DNA from: Eledone cirrhosa
Lineage: Eukaryota
DNA: 64,000 nucleotides
Assembly: GCA_964016885.1 (NCBI GenBank)
Contig: OZ024743.1
Span: 123,752,001 to 123,816,000, forward strand
Reading direction: 5' to 3'
The translations under genes were made by a program, and so were the position numbers. Of this stretch, positions 59,209 to 64,000 are shown in pieces; position 1 is the stretch's first letter, and every line of letters starts with the position of its first letter. The notes under the pieces are model-generated. The model saw nothing but the letters and a program-made list of their open reading frames with translations, ran no database searches and had not been told where the DNA came from.

Positions 59209-60420
59209 TGATGGCAGCCACCCCGTGATCGAGTATGACTATTAAACATCAGCTTGAGTCCTGTGGGTGTTGCCAATGAATATGGTTTTTTAGTTGGTGG
59301 GTGTGCGCCATAATTGGCCTCTTGAGGTTACTTCATTTGACAAGGTCACTTTTAAGGCTCCGGCTAGCCATTCACATCATTCAAATATCATACGATATCA
59401 AGTGATGTCGGCGTGAAGGTTTTTATAATGAGGAAAGGCATTGCATTGGATCAATCCCACACACTGAGCAACAAGATTTATAATCCGAAAATTAAAACAA
59501 ATCAGTTACTATTGAGCTGCAAGGTTTTCATCAGATTTTTCCTCTCCTATAGAGATATCCTAACGAGAATCAAGGGTCTCTCACTCTCAGTGGGATTACG
59601 GCGCACTCACGCATCAACCTAAGCATAACATAACCATCAGACGACTTCGTAATAAACAGTCCTCCTATACACATGCTATCAGAAACACGTCTGGGCTTCT
59701 CCTCTCTTCAGAGAGGTGCATCCTCGAGAGGTGGAGAGAATACTTTGCTGATCTCCTAAACCCGATCACACCAGCTTCTTCTGATGCATACGAGGTACAT
59801 CTGGGAGCGGTGACTAAACTCTCGGAGGCTGAGATCACACGAGCAGTTAAAGAGCTCAAATGTGGTAAGGCCACTGGGGAAGATGAAATCCGGCCAGAGA
59901 TGTTAAAAGCCTTAAATAGAGAAGGTATTCTCAAGCTAACTCATGTGTGCCGCGTGGCCTGGATCTCTGGAAAGGCACCTAAGCAATGGCAATCGGGAGG
60001 GATAATCCCAATTTTCAAAAAAGAAGACAAGAGAGATTGTTCCAATTACAGAGAGATCTCCTTGATACGTCACTCCGGTAAAGTCTATGCTATGTGTCTG
60101 GCAAAGAGATACAGGGAGATTGTCGAGTCCAGGCTAACTGATGAACAGTGTGGTTTTCGCCCCGGACGCAGCACAGTCGAACAAATAATCACACTGCGAC
60201 AGGTCAAGAAATCGTGGGAGTATTGTCAAGAGGTGTATGCTTGTTTTCAAAGCAATTCAATGTGAGAGTCAGACTCCGCCAAGGGTACGTACTGTCACCT
60301 CTCTTGTTGATTATTTTCAGCCGGGTTACAAATGGCATCACGACTGGCATGTGTAAAATTTGTCGGCTGGAGTTTGCAGACAAAAGAATATCACCCATTT
60401 ACACTTGATAGGTTTGATGA
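59209..60420 (+). mobile_element. Internally deleted RTE: 5' UTR plus RT fragments
   Basis: GKATGEDEIRPEMLK…IPIFKK…NYREISL…EQCGFRPGRS; starts in (CATA)n. Confidence 0.78.
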
Positions 60421-60773
60421 CGAGTGCTGCATGACCCACTGATCATCTAGATTTTCATATCAGCAGATAGGTCAGTCAGCTTCATGTATACAAACGATTA
60501 ATGGCCGGCTTTGCCATATTCAAATAATTAATAAATAGTTTTATCACTCTACATGGTTGATAACAATAAATGTAATCTGAGTTTTTTTTATACTAATAAT
60601 AATATTCGATTCATTTACAATTATGCAAATAGCCTCTTTGAGCCATGTCAGTAGAATGATTCTGGAATTCTTGCTCTTGTATTCAGCCATGTAGAGCGAT
60701 GAAACTATTTGTTGTATATATGTATAAAGAGAGAGTGTGTGAGATAGGGATGAGAAGGGCTAAACATAGATAT

Positions 60774-60808
<35 letters not shown>

Positions 60809-60810
60809 TA

Positions 60811-63800
60811 TTTCTTTATTTACCATAAAGGCATAAAAAGAAGGGACAAATACAAAGGGGGAGTTTACATCAAATCGAGTAAAAAGGGTATAAAATGAAA
60901 ATAATCGAAAACAACCTCAAAAAGGAGGGGACGTGATGGGGGTTGCACACACCCCCGAAAAAGTGTGCAATCCTTTGCCCGGGGAGCACATGGAGAAGGT
61001 GCTCCCCTCTCCTTCACTTCTTTACCTACAGGATGGTATACAGAGAAGGCCCATTTACACGAGCCATTCTCGCCACTATCACCCACCTTTCATAAAACTG
61101 CCTGTGGCCAAGCACCTCTCTCTCCATTCTTATCCTTCTTCCGAAGTGATATCGGAAGAAGTAGACCAGACTATGGCCAGAGAGGAAGTTGCCTGACCTC
61201 AGACCTTTCAATCGTGTCCACCAAACAACCTCTTTCAACATGGCTATTACGCACAGAAAAACCGCCTTTGCTTCCTTTGTGAAGGGGGGAGGCGGCTTGA
61301 TTGTCATCACAGACTCGGCGGTCAATCGAATCGGCGCCACCCGCGACAGCAGTCGTTCGGCGTAGCCCCACAGATCAGCCACGCCCGGACATTGCACCAA
61401 TGCGTGCGCAACGGTTTCTTCGTGACGCACGCATCTAGGGCAAATCTTTTTCGAGGGATCCCTGCCCGGGCGCCCGTGTCTGTAGAGCCTCTCTCGAACG
61501 GGTAGAGCCCCCCGGTAGCACTGCCAGGCTAGTGACTTCTGGAAGTTGTCCATTGGTCCCGGGCCGAAAGTCCTACCGAACAGGCTGGCCAGTTCGTCCT
61601 CTTCCATGTCCAGCGACTCTCCAAGGGTGTCATCGCCCCTGCTAGCCACCAGCCCTCTATAGAATGATGAGGTGGATTCTCCACCGATGGCCTGGCCCGC
61701 TTGCCAGAGAACCCTGAGCGCCTCAGCACACTCAGTGTGCCAGTCTCCCAGTTTTCCGGATCTTTGCTTGACCCAGGACTGCAGCTCGGTGAGCGAGACG
61801 AGTCTCGGAAAGGCTCGTTTCACGAACGGAGCCCACACCGGTTGACCAGTGAGGAATACCTGTAGGTGCCGTAGCCTTAATGCGTGCCTACGCATCATCA
61901 ACCACGGCATCCCCAGCCCTCCTTTCGAAGGTTGTTGGTAGCAGATGGATCTTCTCACCATAGGAGGGCGCTTCTTCCAAAGAAATTGGAAGAGCATGCG
62001 TTCCAGGGTGGTGAGTGTTTCCTTAGGGCAAGGCACGACAGTCAGGCGGTAGTAAGTGACGGATGCTATGTAAATGTTCGCCACCTCCGCCCGGCCTTTT
62101 AGGGACAGTTTACACTTGGCCCATTTCTGGGTTAGTGCAAACACCTTGTTCGTAACCTCGTCCCAGTTCTTTTCCACCTGGAGGTCCGGTCCAAACCAGA
62201 CCCCAAGCAACTTCACCGGGCCCTCCGTCCAGTGTCCGACGACACCGTCGGGAGGCATCGGTCTGCCTCTCCACGTTCCGAATTGCAGCCCGATGGATTT
62301 TTCCCGGTTCAGTTTCGCTCCTGACAACCTTTCGTAATCCTCCAGTAAGGTACCGATCGCCTCGATCTCCGAGTCGGTCGATACCATTACTGTTACGTCA
62401 TCGGCGTAGGCCGACACCGCTTTGCTCAATCCTGGTTCCAGGGGGATACCCTGCAACAACTCCAACTTCCTCAGTAAAGGCTCGAGAGTCAATACGTACA
62501 GAAGGGAGGAGAGAGGGCACCCCTGTCGAATGGATCGTGTGATTTCGAACGGCTTCGAAAGGTAGCCGTTCACCTTGATCCTAGAACAGATGTGGTTGCT
62601 ATGTAAGGCAGTGATCCAGCCTCTGAAAACAGGACCGAACCCAGCCGCCGCTAGCACCGCATCCAGGTAACCATGGTCGACCCTATCGAAGGCCTTAGAC
62701 TGATCCAAGTTGATCAGGGCCCCACCGAAGCCGGGTTTGTTGCCAACCCTCTCTATGATGTATCGCATGAGGTGGAGGTTATCGTGAATGGACCTGGATG
62801 GGATAGCAGATGTTTGCGCATCTCCCACCAGGCCACCCACGACAAGCGCCAACCTCTTTGCTAACACCTTGGCCAAAATCTTTAACTCTGTGTTTAGCAG
62901 GGTTATGGGTCGAAAATTATTTATATTATCCCCCTTGTTCTCGTCCTTCCTCACCAGCGAGACTACGCCCTTGGCTACAGAACAAGGAATTCTCCCGTTC
63001 TGCTGCCAATTGCAGTAGACCGCTTCGAGGAGTTCGGAGAAGAAGACCGGCATTGCTAAATAAAGTTCGTAAGGTATACCATCGAGACCTGGAGATTTGC
63101 GTCTGCTGCATTGGCTCAGCGCATCCCCGATCTCATCAGCCGAGATTGGTCCCTCGCAGGACTCTGCCTCTTCGCTCGAGAGACGCGGCAGGCCGTCGAG
63201 GTATGGACCGAAATCCACGTCCTCGCCCGGACCCTCGCCTCCCCCCGAATAATCGAGCAAAGTGCCTTTGAAAGGCCTCGCACATCTGCTTAGGCTCCCG
63301 GATCACCCGTCCATCCTCGTCTTGCAAAGACCGGATGGTGGATCGATTTCCACTCTTAGCTTCTGTCACGCGGGCCCAGCCAACGGCTTTGGCCCCCTCA
63401 TTACCTAGAGCACGTATTTTACTTCGAATGACGCAGCCTTCGTGCTTTGCATCGAAAAACTGGTTCAATGCCGTCCTCGATGCCAGCACTCTGGCCACAT
63501 CTTCGCTCTTGATTGCCTCTTCTAATTTACCTGTTAATTCTTTCCCGTTTCTATTCCTATCGGCAGCTAACATCTTTCTATAACTTATTGATTCTGTTCT
63601 AATCTCTCTTTTGAGAGATGCCCACCATCGGTTGTTGACGATTGCACCCGTCAACCTCTCCTTAACTAATCTGCTAATCCGGTTTCTGTAAGTCTCTTTT
63701 GCCGGTGAAGACAAATTAAGTTTCCAGTAACCGGGACCCTGTTTATGTGTTTTCTCGAGATTGACTACGCAGGTCACTAATTTGTGATCCGTATAGCCAA

Positions 63801-64000
63801 CCGTGCGCATTTCTGGACAGCTTAATATGTCCCTATCCTTACTTCTAACTAAGAATCTATCTAAGTACGATCTAGATTGACCACTATGGTTCGTCCAAGT
63901 CCAGGTTGGCACAGTGGGAAAATCTAGTCGATATCTATCGACCAAGTTAAAACGGTCGAGTAACCCCTTGAGGCTGTTACATCCCCCTCTATTAGGACAT
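60811..64000 (-). mobile_element. Tx1/L1-clade LINE, copy 3 (3' end present, 5' part off the window)
   Basis: APE C-terminus, RT (YADD) and CPRC…H…C; single frameshift in a G-run at about 63245; ORF2 stop at 61026; AATAAAGAAA then (TATC)n. Confidence 0.93.

Overview
Non-coding, AT-rich animal genomic DNA with no supportable host gene. The SINE types and the extreme microsatellite load suggest an octopod cephalopod (inference). The window is a mosaic of microsatellites and retroelements. These include three Tx1/L1-clade LINEs, several RTE-clade LINEs (one near full length with three C2H2 fingers), restriction-like-endonuclease (R4/Dong-type) LINE fragments, and many Penelope-like element (PLE) remnants and fold-back pseudo-LTRs sitting in (TA)n. 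tRNA-derived Meta- and CORE-type SINEs, two non-autonomous Helitrons and a TTAA MITE are also present. The most notable hidden layer is RNA: about 16 type I hammerhead ribozyme motifs of about 8 sequence types. Among them are a U3-A8 core-variant hammerhead in a GIY-YIG PLE and a complete hammerhead inside an ORF-less 539-bp unit with terminal direct repeats (retrozyme-like). Retroelement families also appear to partition among different microsatellite targets. All folds were read by eye and none were computed; most ORF-track entries are microsatellite translations.
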